From contig CAVRAO010000008.1 of NCBI GenBank assembly GCA_963719035.1, positions 320,001-384,000 of the forward strand: a DNA stretch of 64,000 bases, written 5' to 3'. The notes beneath the pieces are model-generated. The model searched no databases and was not told the DNA's origin. It was given only the letters and a program-made list of their open reading frames with translations. This document shows, piece after piece, positions 18,826 to 28,859 of the stretch (positions are counted from its first letter, which is position 1; each line of letters begins with the position of its first letter). This DNA is from Methanobacteriota archaeon (lineage in GTDB: Archaea; Halobacteriota; Bog-38; Methanoflorentales; Methanoflorentaceae). The position numbers were made by a program, and so were the translations under genes.

Positions 18826-20553
18826 ATGCGCCTGCGAGCCTTTCTACTCGACGTCGATTATATCACGCTAAACGGTCGCGCAGTTATTCGACTGTGGCTT
18901 AAAGATGAGCGTGGTCAAAATATTATCGCCTACGATTCAGGTTTTGAACCCTATTTTTACGCAGTAACGGACGACGCTGAGGCGATCATGTCGGTTGCTT
19001 CAACGCGATCTGGAGAAGAGATTAGGCCGAATCGCGTCGAACGTGTCGTGCGCAAGGATTTTGGGCAACCGCTCACCGTGCTCAAGGTGTTTGTCGATCA
19101 CCCGCAACACGTGCCGATATTGCGAGAAAAGGTCGCGGAGGTTGGCGTAAGTGTCAGGGAAGCAGACATTCTATTCGCCGTGCGGTACATAATCGATCGC
19201 GAACTCGTGCCCATGGATCAGGTTCTGGTGGAAGGCCGCGAACGCGCAGATCCGCATTTTTCCTTCGCCATCGACGTCGACCATATAGAAGCAGAACAGC
19301 ACCACACGAATCCCGATCTCAAAGTGATGGCCTTCGACTGCGAGATGTTAAGCCACGGTGGCGTTCCAATTCCGAGCAAAGACCCGATCATCATTATTTC
19401 CATAGCGACCGGAGCTGATGAAACAGCCTTCCTTTCGGTTGGTGAAGACAAGGATGATAGGCGGATCATCGCCGACTTCATCTCCTTCATTCACGAATAT
19501 GACCCCGACGTTATCGTCGGCTACAATACTGACGAGTTTGATTGGCAATACTTGAAAACGAGAGCAGAAAAATTCAAGCTTCGCTTGACGATCGGAAGGG
19601 ACGAGAGTCCTGCCAAGTTCAGCGCCGGGGGTGGCATGAAAGAGGTCAGGATCTTCGGACGCAGCAACGTCGATTTGTATAAGGTCGTAAAACGGGATCT
19701 TGGCGAGCTCAGCGTTAAAACGTTGGACAATGTTGCCGACTACCTGGGGGTCATGCGCAAGTCGGAACGCGTGCAAGTGCAGGGTTGGGACATGGCGCGG
19801 TATTGGAACGATCCTAAGCTTAGGCATGTTCTTTTTGATTATTCCAAAGCCGATGTGGTGAGCACGTGGGGGGTCGCAGAACGCCTGCTCCCTCTTCAGT
19901 TTGAATTTTCACGCATCGTAAGACAACCGTTGGACGACGTATCAAGAATGGGGAGGGGGCGGCAGGTCGAGTCACTTTTAGTTGCTGAGGCGTACAAGAT
20001 AAATGAAATTGTGCCTGCAAAAAGAGGGGGCTCGGGCAGCTACGCCGGAGGCTTCGTCCTCTTTCCAAAATCCGGCGTGCACGAAGACGTACTCAGCCTT
20101 GACTTTTCAGCTATGTACCCTTCAATAATGATTAGCTACAACATTTCGCCGGACACCGTCATGTCGCCAGATGAAAAGTCTACGGAATTCTACGAGGCCC
20201 CAGAAACGCAATATCGATTTAGGAAGCAGCCTGATGGATTCTTCAAACTCATACTCACGAACTTAATTGAACGAAGAACTGCAGTTAGAGAACAAATGAC
20301 TCACACTGACAAGGGTTCACGCGATTTTACTTCACTTGATGTTCACCAGAACGCAATCAAGATCCTGACAAACGCGTTCTATGGTTATACTGGATGGCAT
20401 GCGGCGAAGTGGTACCGCAAAGAGTGTGCTGAAGCAACGACAGCGTGGGGACGCACTATCATACAGGACGCGGTTGAGCGTGCTGAGAAGCACGGTCTCG
20501 AGGTCATCTACGGAGACACTGACAGCTTATTTGTGAAGCTCAAAAATGCCTGA
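18826..20553 (+). CDS. polB: Family B DNA polymerase, N-terminal part (N-domain, 3'-5' exonuclease, motifs A-C)
   Basis: ExoI FDCE, ExoII GYNTDEFD, ExoIII YSKAD, motif A LDFSAMYPS, motif B KILTNAFYGY, motif C YGDTDS. TGA stop 9 codons after motif C. Confidence 0.92.
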   Translation: MRLRAFLLDVDYITLNGRAVIRLWLKDERGQNIIAYDSGFEPYFYAVTDDAEAIMSVASTRSGEEIRPNRVERVVRKDFGQPLTVLKVFVDHPQHVPILREKVAEVGVSVREADILFAVRYIIDRELVPMDQVLVEGRERADPHFSFAIDVDHIEAEQHHTNPDLKVMAFDCEMLSHGGVPIPSKDPIIIISIATGADETAFLSVGEDKDDRRIIADFISFIHEYDPDVIVGYNTDEFDWQYLKTRAEKFKLRLTIGRDESPAKFSAGGGMKEVRIFGRSNVDLYKVVKRDLGELSVKTLDNVADYLGVMRKSERVQVQGWDMARYWNDPKLRHVLFDYSKADVVSTWGVAERLLPLQFEFSRIVRQPLDDVSRMGRGRQVESLLVAEAYKINEIVPAKRGGSGSYAGGFVLFPKSGVHEDVLSLDFSAMYPSIMISYNISPDTVMSPDEKSTEFYEAPETQYRFRKQPDGFFKLILTNLIERRTAVREQMTHTDKGSRDFTSLDVHQNAIKILTNAFYGYTGWHAAKWYRKECAEATTAWGRTIIQDAVERAEKHGLEVIYGDTDSLFVKLKNA

Positions 20554-20673
20554 TTTGCGGCATGCGGTAAAGGGAGGCGCGCTAAAGAGCAGTCGAGAGT
20601 GATTTGTGCCGATTAATCGCGCGACAAAACCATTCACAATCGGTCGTCGATATGAGCGACAAGGAGGGACCTA

Positions 20674-21351
20674 ATGGCAGCTGAATTAATGGATAGAGTC
20701 CGCACATTCATCCAGGAGCTCTCGACCATTTATCCAATTCGGCTCGACGTGCAGGAGCACTACACGGCTATCTTCTTTACCGAGAAGAAGAAGCGCTACG
20801 CTGGGATTACCGAAGATGGAACCATTGTTGTCAGAGGTCTTGAAGTGCGCAGGGGTGATTGGTGCGCACTCGCAAAGGAGCTCCAGTCTGATGTCATCAA
20901 GATCATTCTTGAGAGGCGAGAACCTGGAGCTGCTGCAGAGCTGGTCACGAGTACGATCAAAAAACTTAGAGCTGGCGAGATTCCGTTAGCAAAGCTCATA
21001 ATCTACAAAACGCTTACTAAAAAGATCGCAAGCTACGAATCCGTCCAAGCTCACGTAAGGGCAGCAAAGCGAGCAAAAGAATACGGCCTTTCCGCTGACG
21101 TTGGCGCGAAAATTGCGTATCTCGTTATGAAAGGGTCTGGATCGATTGGAGACCGATCTTATCCGGCTGAGATTTTTACCCAAGAAGAAGGCAAAGTGGT
21201 TGATACAGATAAACGACAACGAGAGATAGACGTCGAATATTACATTAAGCATCAAATTCTTCCGCCCGTCGGAAGAATACTAAATTACTTCGATTACGAC
21301 GATTCAGAGCTCGAAGGACAACCTTTCCAAAGCACTCTCGGTCATTTCTGA
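20674..21351 (+). CDS. polB: Family B DNA polymerase, C-terminal part (palm end, thumb, PIP box)
   Basis: KKKRYAG, RGLEVRRGDW, DVEYYIKHQILP and terminal PIP-like QSTLGHF; own GGAGG RBS before the ATG. Confidence 0.9.
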   Translation: MAAELMDRVRTFIQELSTIYPIRLDVQEHYTAIFFTEKKKRYAGITEDGTIVVRGLEVRRGDWCALAKELQSDVIKIILERREPGAAAELVTSTIKKLRAGEIPLAKLIIYKTLTKKIASYESVQAHVRAAKRAKEYGLSADVGAKIAYLVMKGSGSIGDRSYPAEIFTQEEGKVVDTDKRQREIDVEYYIKHQILPPVGRILNYFDYDDSELEGQPFQSTLGHF

Positions 21352-21575
21352 CGATCATTGATGGGTTTCGTGTCTTCATTCCTTGCCGCAAAACGACACG
21401 TCGGCTTGCGGCGTGCTCAATCTTAAGATGAGCGGACTCTAATATTGAACAAGGTTCTTTAGACTGGGGCCTTCGCAGGTAGCGTCATCCCACTTCGTCG
21501 CTATTGGCGCCATTTACTCAGAACCTGCTCTGTTCAGCGCCCGCTTAAGCATTCCTCATACTTTACAAGCATATT

Positions 21576-21610
21576 AAAAATAGAAGGAATAGGAGCGCGA
21601 ACGCTCCCTT
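21576..21610 (-). terminator. Hairpin plus pyrimidine/T tract downstream of 21626-21958
   Basis: On the minus strand: GGAGCG-TTCG-CGCTCC followed by TATTCCTTCTATTTTT. Confidence 0.5.
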
Positions 21611-21625
21611 ACTGTTCACCCAGAA

Positions 21626-21958
21626 TTACCGCTTCATTGCTGCCATTGCTTCTGCTTCGGCTTTCAAAACCCCCCTCATGATTTCCTTTCCCGTTTCGTA
21701 TGGTATCATTTCGCGCACTTCGCTCACGATCCAAGGGTAGAATGAGAATGTCCTCGTGAACATATCTTTGGCTTCTCCGCTAACAATTGCATATCCTGAC
21801 GTTCCATCTGGGAAGTAGCCGAACTCTAGCAGTCCATCTTCCTTTAACCCTTTGTCAAGCATTGCGAACAGCATCTCAGACAACTGTATCATTTCCGCCG
21901 GGTCAGCCGGCCACGGCGCTACCGGGTTCATGTGCCACGTGTTCAAAAATTTCGCCAT
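21626..21958 (-). CDS. Conserved hypothetical protein (small alpha/beta, possibly DUF3303-like)
   Basis: 110 aa ORF with strong GGAGG RBS; EFGYFPDGTSGYAI pattern. Confidence 0.6.
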   Translation of the reverse strand: MAKFLNTWHMNPVAPWPADPAEMIQLSEMLFAMLDKGLKEDGLLEFGYFPDGTSGYAIVSGEAKDMFTRTFSFYPWIVSEVREMIPYETGKEIMRGVLKAEAEAMAAMKR

Positions 21959-22216
21959 TTCTTTAACCTCCTTTCACTGTTGACGGCGGTGGCAGTGACC
22001 GCCGTTTTTTCTAAAACACGTAAAAAGACGCTCTAAGGACATAAATATTGTTGTGACAGACGCTTGTTACGCTTCTAACTTCAGTTCAGCGGCCTGAAGC
22101 CTGGAGGCGAGGCACGAGATGATGCTCTGCCTGTTCGCGCGGATCAACCAGCAGTTATGCCTTTTTCAATGAAAAACTTTTTATAAATTATTAATAGTGA
22201 TAGACCGGTTGATCGC

Positions 22217-23498
22217 ATGGGTAGCGAAAATCAAGCTTCAGAAAGCAGCGCGCTCACACTTTTTGGCATGAGCCCAGAAAAAGGCCGCTGGATATTTGTT
22301 GCGCTCGGACTCGCCATCAACGTGTGTTTGGGCAGCATATACTCGTGGAGCGTTTTTAGGTTGCCGCTCCAAAAACTCTGGTCTATCGATGCGACCGCCA
22401 GTTTATTGCCATTTATCTTCTTTCTCGCATTTTTCGCCCTTCTGATGCCTTTCGCTGGTGGACCCCTCGACAAATATGGTCCTCGGAAGCTAACGATCCT
22501 CGGAGGGATTATCGTTGGAATCGGGTGGATTCTGGCAAGTCAAGCGCCGAACATCGCGATCCTCACGTTAGCTTACGGTATCATCGGCGGTGCAGGAGTT
22601 GGAATCGCCTACAACGCCCCAATCGGCGTGAGCGGACGATGGTTCCCCGACAGCAGAGGGCTTGCTGTTGGACTGACGGTGCTGGGGTTCGGCGTATCGC
22701 CGCTGATTACCGCACCATTGGGCAACTATCTGATCGGCACCTACGGGGTTATGAGCAGCCTTGGTATTTTGGGCATTGCATTTTTGATCTTGATCGTGCT
22801 GCTTGCATTGCCCCTGCGATTTCCTGACCCTGACTGGCGGCCAGAAGGCTGGACAGCAGGCGCAAGCGAGCGCGCAATGTGAAGACCTTAACAGATCCCA
22901 AATGGTCCGCACGCGAGGTTTCGTTGGACTCTGGCTTGGATTCTTCATCGGCACCTTAGCGGGCCTGATGGCGATTGGCATCAGCAGCCCAGCAGGGCAA
23001 GAAGTATTCAAGTTGAGCGCAGCGACCGCTGCCGCCTTGGTGGGTGTCTTTGCCATATTCAACGGCATCGGTCGGCCCATTTTTGGTTACCTCGTCGACC
23101 GGATATACCCGCGAAATGCGGCGATGCTGAGCTTCGTCATTATCGCAGCAGCCGCGATACTCCTTGGATTTGGGGCCGCTCCTGGTGCCACGGGCGTCTA
23201 TATCGTCGGGTTCTGTGCCCTGTGGCTCTGTCTCGGGGGTTGGCTCGCAATCGCGCCCGCGTGCACCGCCGCATTTTGTGGCACCAAGTATTACGGGCCG
23301 AATTACGGGCTCGTCTTTACCGCGTACGGCGCCGGAGCCATTGTAGGAAACCTTCTCGCTGGGCAGTTGCGGGATCTCGTCGGAAGTTATGTCGCGGTGT
23401 TCTATCCGGTCGCCGTACTGGCTATCGCCGGCATCGTGATCTCCTTCTTCCTCATTCGGCCGCCAAGCCAGCCAAGTGTTGAGGAAAAAGGGGCATAG
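22217..23498 (+). pseudogene. OFA/L-lactate-type MFS transporter, copy 1, frameshifted in the central loop
   Basis: Near-identical to 23589-24869. It has one extra base at about 22850-22870 relative to that copy, and the two ORFs give the N- and C-terminal halves. Confidence 0.75.
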
Positions 23499-23588
23499 GC
23501 CCTCCCTTTCTACGTTACTGCCGATGGCAGCCATCATCGTAGACTGCTCGAGCACGACATTCTCAATAGTGATTGGCCAGTTGATCAC

Positions 23589-24869
23589 ATGGGTAGCGAA
23601 AATCGAGCTTCAGACAGCAGTGCGCTCACGCTGTTTGGCATGAGCCCAGAAAAAGGCCGCTGGATATTTGTCGCGCTCGGACTGGCCATCAACATGTGTT
23701 TGGGGGGCACCTACTCGTGGAGCGTTTTCCGGTTGCCCCTGCAAAAACTCTGGTCTATCGATGCGACCGCCAGTCTATTGCCATTTATCTTCTTTTTCGC
23801 ATCTTTCGCCGTGCTCATGCCGTTAGCCGGAGCGCCCCTCGATAAATACGGTCCTCGAAGGCTGACAATCATCGGAGGGATCATTGTAGGGATCGGTTGG
23901 ATTCTTGCAAGTCAAGCGCCGAATATCACGTTCCTTACGTTAGCTTACGGTATTATCGGTGGTGCGGGAGTCGGAATCGTCTACAACGCCACAATTGGCG
24001 CGAGCGCTCGATGGTTTCCTGATAGGAGAGGGCTCGCAGTAGGACTCACGATACTGGGGGTTGGCGTATCACCGCTGATTACCGCACCGTTGAGCAACTG
24101 GCTGATCGTTAATTACGGGGTTTTGACCAGCTTTGGTATTTTGGGCATTGCGTTCTTGATCTTGATCGTGCTGCTTGGATTGCCGCTGCGATTTCCACCC
24201 CATAACTGGCGGCCAGAAGGCCGGAGACCGTCGCGACAGAGCGTGCAGTGTGAAGACCTTACCAGCTCCCAAATGGTCCGAACGAGAGGATTCGTTGGAC
24301 TCTGGCTTGGCTTCTTCATCGGGACCCTCGCAGGCTTGATGGCAGTTGGTATCAGCAGTCCCGTAGGACAAGAAGTGTTCAAGTTGAACGCAGCGACCGC
24401 TGCCGCCTTGGTGGGCGTCTTCGCCGTATTTAACGGCATTGGTCGGCCTATTTTTGGGTACCTCGCCGACCGGATACACCCGCGCAATGCGGCGATGCTG
24501 AGCTTCGCCATTATCGCAGCAGCCGCGATACTCCTTGGATTTGGGGCGGCTCCTGGTGCCACGGGCGTGTATATCGTTGGGTTCTGTGCCCTGTGGTTTT
24601 GTGGCGGAGCGTGGCTCGCGATCGCGCCTGCGTGCACTGCCGCTTTTTGTGGCACTAAGTACTACGGGCCAAATTACGGGCTTGTCTTTACCGCTTTCGG
24701 GGCCGGAGCCATTGTGGGAAATCTTCTTGCTGGGCAGTTGCGGGATCTCGTCGGCAGTTATGTGGCAGTGTTCTATCCGGTCGCGATACTTGCGATTGCC
24801 GGCATTGTGATCTCGTTCTTCCTCATTCGGGCGCCAATTCAGGGACGTCGTGAGAGTGGAGGGGCATAG
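23589..24869 (+). CDS. OFA (oxalate:formate antiporter)/L-lactate-type MFS transporter, copy 2
   Basis: 426 aa with about 12 TM. YSWSVF, DKYGPR, RWFPDRRGLAVG, FNGIGR, YGPNYG. Confidence 0.88.
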   Translation: MGSENRASDSSALTLFGMSPEKGRWIFVALGLAINMCLGGTYSWSVFRLPLQKLWSIDATASLLPFIFFFASFAVLMPLAGAPLDKYGPRRLTIIGGIIVGIGWILASQAPNITFLTLAYGIIGGAGVGIVYNATIGASARWFPDRRGLAVGLTILGVGVSPLITAPLSNWLIVNYGVLTSFGILGIAFLILIVLLGLPLRFPPHNWRPEGRRPSRQSVQCEDLTSSQMVRTRGFVGLWLGFFIGTLAGLMAVGISSPVGQEVFKLNAATAAALVGVFAVFNGIGRPIFGYLADRIHPRNAAMLSFAIIAAAAILLGFGAAPGATGVYIVGFCALWFCGGAWLAIAPACTAAFCGTKYYGPNYGLVFTAFGAGAIVGNLLAGQLRDLVGSYVAVFYPVAILAIAGIVISFFLIRAPIQGRRESGGA

Positions 24870-25134
24870 TCCTTTCCTTTCTTAAGCGTTGCAATGCACA
24901 CTCCTTCACATCGGGCGACGACGATTACATAAAAAACAGCGTTCATCGTGATCGGCGCCGCCCAAACAAACGTTAAAAAAGGCAAAAACGCTGTCGCGAA
25001 CACGCTGCTCGAGTCAAGGGTTATTACCATCAGCACAATCCAACCGTTGTGCAAATTATTAAGCACCAGCATTCAGTGTAGCTTGTCAGCTCTTTCTTCG
25101 TGAAGTCCAGCTCTAGAGCCGGAAGGCCGCTTCT

Positions 25135-27084
25135 TCACCACTTGAACCCGATGAGGTTCCAGTAGTTGAGCCATGCGATGAAGGCAAGCGCTGCTCCCGT
25201 GACGACCGTGTAATGTAGCCTCCCCCAGACGTTCCAATATCCCTTCACCCACGCGAGCACGGTGAAGCTCACGGCGCCGAAGGTCAGCACGGTGCCAATA
25301 AGCGAGAGGATCAGCGCAGCGATGATCGAGAAGGGGACGCTCGTATTGAACATTACGTTGTTTATGATCGTTTCATCAGCTGCCAGCGTGGAGATCGCGC
25401 CAAAGAACACTAAAAAGAGCGCGCTCGCCGTTCCTAGCACCCAATGGGCGCAGCGGGTCTGACGGGAGTTTACGCCGCTGGCATGGCCGTCGAGCACGGC
25501 GCCGATCGGCCAGATCGCTACTGTGGGGAGAAGCGCGAGGCTGAGGTACGAGACGTTGTCGACGAAGGCGGGGGTCGAGTACCACGCTAACCGGTTATAG
25601 TACTGCGGGGCAGCTGAAAAGAAAAGGTGCGTGCCGTTGCCATCGTTCTTAAAGATGGCCGTCTGCAAGACCGTTTGTGCGCCATCCGCTCTCGTAAATA
25701 CAAGCGGCGCCACCTCGACGTACTCAGCGGCTTGTCCACCCATGCTCATTTGTAGCGTACCGTTCGGGCGCCCAGTGATTTCGACGAGCTGCGGTTTTAC
25801 GAGGTATTTTTCGAGTGTGCTATACGCACTCCGCGTTTTTTGGTAGGTGCCCGTCACCGAACTCGCGTCGTGGTAATTCACGAGCTCAGGTATGGCCTTT
25901 TCAACCGGATAGTAGCGATCGAGAAACGCGTTGAGCAAGTCTTCCCGGGCAGCCGTCCCTGCTGGACCGTTATACGACACGAATAGGCCTACATTACGCG
26001 CAGGTAGCAGCACGAAGTAGGCGTGAAAAACGTTCGTATCGCCATTATGCCAAAGGATCTGCTCGTTGTTGCGCGTCATCATGCCAAGGCCAAGCGCCCA
26101 CGAGGCATGAGGATCCGGGGTGAAATGGGGGCTATGCATCTCTATCGCAGTTGCGTTGTTTAGGATGCGTACATCGCCGTAGCGCCCGTTCTGAAGGTGG
26201 GCGGTCAGGAACTTGGCCATGTCGGGCGCGGTGGACATTATCGCGCCTGCCGGGGCTACTTGGAGTATTTCCTCTGGTGTTGGCGTATATGTGCTCCCGT
26301 CATAGGTGTATCCCGTTGAGACGTCCTGTGCCAGCTTTTCCGGCACCGGCTGCTCGATCGTCGTACGGTTCATGCCAAGCGGCGTAAAGAGCTTTGCGTT
26401 GGCGTACTGGTCGAACGGCATGCCGGAAACCTGCTCCACGATGTGGGCAGCAAGGGCCGTCCCCCAGTTCGAGTAGGACCAGACCTGTCCTGGCGGGAAA
26501 ACACGTGCCGGCATGGTGCGCGCCAGCGCGGTTCCTAGGGGCAAGAGATCGCTGACGTTACTTACCGCAAAACCTCGCTCTTTGTTCTCAAACCCCGCCG
26601 TATGCGTCATCAGGTTCTCCATTGTGACGGGCTGCGGATACGTGTTAGGAATCTTGAAATCTGAAAGGTACGTGTTCACATCCGCGTGCAAGTCGATCTT
26701 TCCCTCTTCAACGAGCTGCATGACGGCCGTCCACGTGAAGAGCTTCGTGATCGATCCGATACCGAACAGCGTCGTGTTAGCGTCGACGGGGGTTTGATTC
26801 TCGAGGTTGGCATAGCCGTAGCCCTTAGCAAAAAAAAGTTGACCTTCCTTGACCACCGCCACGGTGGCCCCGGGGATGCGGTAGGTTTGGAGTTCATTTA
26901 CAATCGTATGGTTGAGGAATGCCTCCAATTCGGCGGGGTCCTTCAGCCCTCGTGTGGTATCGCTTGCCGCTGCGTTCGACGTTGATGGGGCCTGTTGCGC
27001 CGCACACAGGCTGGGAATGAATCCCGCTAGCAAAAGAAGCGTCACGAGCGTGACTATGATAAAGGTCAATCGAGGGGCTGACAT
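25135..27084 (-). CDS. Membrane-anchored serine hydrolase (beta-lactamase class C/AmpC-like)
   Basis: Signal peptide, SxxK (GSITK), LMTHTAG, YSN, HNG and about 4 C-terminal TM helices. Confidence 0.85.
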   Translation of the reverse strand: MSAPRLTFIIVTLVTLLLLAGFIPSLCAAQQAPSTSNAAASDTTRGLKDPAELEAFLNHTIVNELQTYRIPGATVAVVKEGQLFFAKGYGYANLENQTPVDANTTLFGIGSITKLFTWTAVMQLVEEGKIDLHADVNTYLSDFKIPNTYPQPVTMENLMTHTAGFENKERGFAVSNVSDLLPLGTALARTMPARVFPPGQVWSYSNWGTALAAHIVEQVSGMPFDQYANAKLFTPLGMNRTTIEQPVPEKLAQDVSTGYTYDGSTYTPTPEEILQVAPAGAIMSTAPDMAKFLTAHLQNGRYGDVRILNNATAIEMHSPHFTPDPHASWALGLGMMTRNNEQILWHNGDTNVFHAYFVLLPARNVGLFVSYNGPAGTAAREDLLNAFLDRYYPVEKAIPELVNYHDASSVTGTYQKTRSAYSTLEKYLVKPQLVEITGRPNGTLQMSMGGQAAEYVEVAPLVFTRADGAQTVLQTAIFKNDGNGTHLFFSAAPQYYNRLAWYSTPAFVDNVSYLSLALLPTVAIWPIGAVLDGHASGVNSRQTRCAHWVLGTASALFLVFFGAISTLAADETIINNVMFNTSVPFSIIAALILSLIGTVLTFGAVSFTVLAWVKGYWNVWGRLHYTVVTGAALAFIAWLNYWNLIGFKW

Positions 27085-27264
27085 GTGATCGCCGACTCCA
27101 TCAAGTGGCGGGCGGCCGCCTCGCCAGCAGTACATCGCTCACGCCACGGGGCGCACGAGCACGTATCGTCGCTTGAGTTACCAACATGCTGCGGATGTCG
27201 TATTCCCTTTTAAAGCTTGTGAAAAGTGGCTAAAGCACGCCACGATGCGCCTTCCTTCTGCTAG

Positions 27265-27513
27265 GCGATCGCGCCTGCGTGCACCGCCGCATTTTGTGGC
27301 ACCAAGTATTACGGACCGAATTACGGGCTTGTCTTTACCGCTTTCGGGGCCGGAGCCATTGTGGGAAACCTTCTTGCTGGGCAGTTGCGGGATCTCGTCG
27401 GCAGTTATGTGGCAGTGTTCTATCCGGTCGCGATGCTGGCCATCGCGGGCATTGTGATCTCCTTCTTCCTCATTCGGGCGCCAAGTCAGGCAAGTCTTGA
27501 GGAAAAAGCATAG
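27265..27513 (+). pseudogene. 3' fragment of a third OFA MFS copy
   Basis: Nucleotide match to the 3' ends of copies 1 and 2 (gcgatcgcgcctgcgtgcacc...ctcattcgggcgcc), with no 5' part. Confidence 0.85.
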
Positions 27514-27723
27514 TCCCGTTCTTTCTTACGCTGTTGCCGAGAACGCCTCTTTTGAGGCTGGGTAGAAGCTAATGATCTATGAAGGGTTGGCTCCCGCCAG
27601 AGAGCTCGTGTGATGCTTATGATCATTTCATAGCTCTTGGCAAGTGCGAACAGGCACGAGCAGGGGCCAGATTCCTTGAAAACTTCATATCTGTTCGAAC
27701 GCGAGATAAGTCACATCAAACGG

Positions 27724-27895
27724 AAAAAGTGTGACAAAAAGTGTAACAAAATGGTAACAAAACCATGCCACTTTTAAAAAAAAACCAGCCTACGATCGTT
27801 GAGGCTTCCAACGGCGCTGCCTCGCCGTAGGCAAACGAGAAGCCTCTTTTTTAATTATCAATTAAATATTATATAAATAATATAAATATATTTAA
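27724..27895. repeat. Three tandem 11-12 bp direct repeats followed by a ~50 bp AT-only tract
   Basis: AAAAAGTGTGAC / AAAAAGTGTAAC / AAAATGGTAAC at 27724-27758. The stretch 27846-27895 is A/T except for one C. Confidence 0.7.
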
Positions 27896-28452
27896 CGTGC
27901 ATTCCTGTATGCGAGGCAAACCACGCCACAATTTGACTTTAAAAAACAAAGAGATAGACACCAAATGCCCTGCGTCCAGTCCCAGCGGCCAATGCCGTAA
28001 CATACGGAAATCTAAATAGCGATTTAGCGGTATTTTGCACCGCTATTATTGGAAAATGGGGTCGTGCGCGACTGTTATTCGTTGAAACGGTTAAAATAGA
28101 GAGTTAGACGTCTTTTTGCGCTCTTCAGTTTAAAATAAACACTACTTTATGCGATAAATTAACCCCAAAATGAAGCTACATATTCTCAACCGAGGCCGTG
28201 AATGCGTTACAAATCCGAACATTGATTTACTATCGCGTCGTAAGGAATAACGATGAAAAATTCACGTTAAAAAAAGCGATAAAGAAACGAAAGCAGGCCG
28301 CGCGATTGATGAGCATCAATATGGTCTGCCTTCGCACGTAGTAGACGCGTTAAAACTATTGGAACTATTTGTATAATAGTTTTGGCTTTTTTTGTGTCTT
28401 CCCTCGTAGTCGCCGCTTCTAACGTGAAATACTCCGAAAGGATGAAGAGCAC

Positions 28453-28850
28453 GTGAAAGATATTAGAAACAAGACACGGATTCGTTGAGCTGCGGGCTCA
28501 AGGAAATCGCTAAGGGCAGTCGCCGATGAGCTTGGAATCGGCCTTCAGACAGCTGTGCGATGGGACCACGAGCTCAAGGAACAGATCGAGAATCGGAAAG
28601 CAATGGAGCTCAATGCGCTCCTGGAGCGGACCGACTGACCATGCAGGCGAAAATCGAGCGCTACGGCGCTGAACTCAAGCGGTTGACCAAGGAGCTGCAA
28701 GAGCGCGACCTCGCCGGGTGCCGACCCCGAAGCTTTATGATATAATACTCAAACTGCACGCCCGCGTTGAGGAGGTGTGTCCGGCGCTGACTTACGCGGC
28801 GATGACGAGGTCGCGGACCAGAAGGCGCTGCGCGAGTTGGTCGATTCACG
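28453..28850 (+). pseudogene. Frameshifted helix-turn-helix DNA-binding protein
   Basis: Read across frames: FVELRAQG-SLRAVADELGIGLQTAVRW...IENRKAMELNALLE...ELQERDL-PTPKLYD. At least 4 single-base indels. Confidence 0.6.
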
Positions 28851-28859
28851 ACGTCCGCT

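Noticed and set aside
20551-20673. Selenocysteine or stop read-through, intein, or BHB intron joining the polB halves
   Set aside because: Two further in-frame stops (TAA, TGA) lie in the spacer, there are no intein terminal residues, and no 3-4-3 BHB can be formed at the junctions.
27724-27930. Chromosomal replication origin
   Set aside because: No adjacent orc1/cdc6 and no recognisable ORB or G-string motif; kept only as a possible mobile-element signal.
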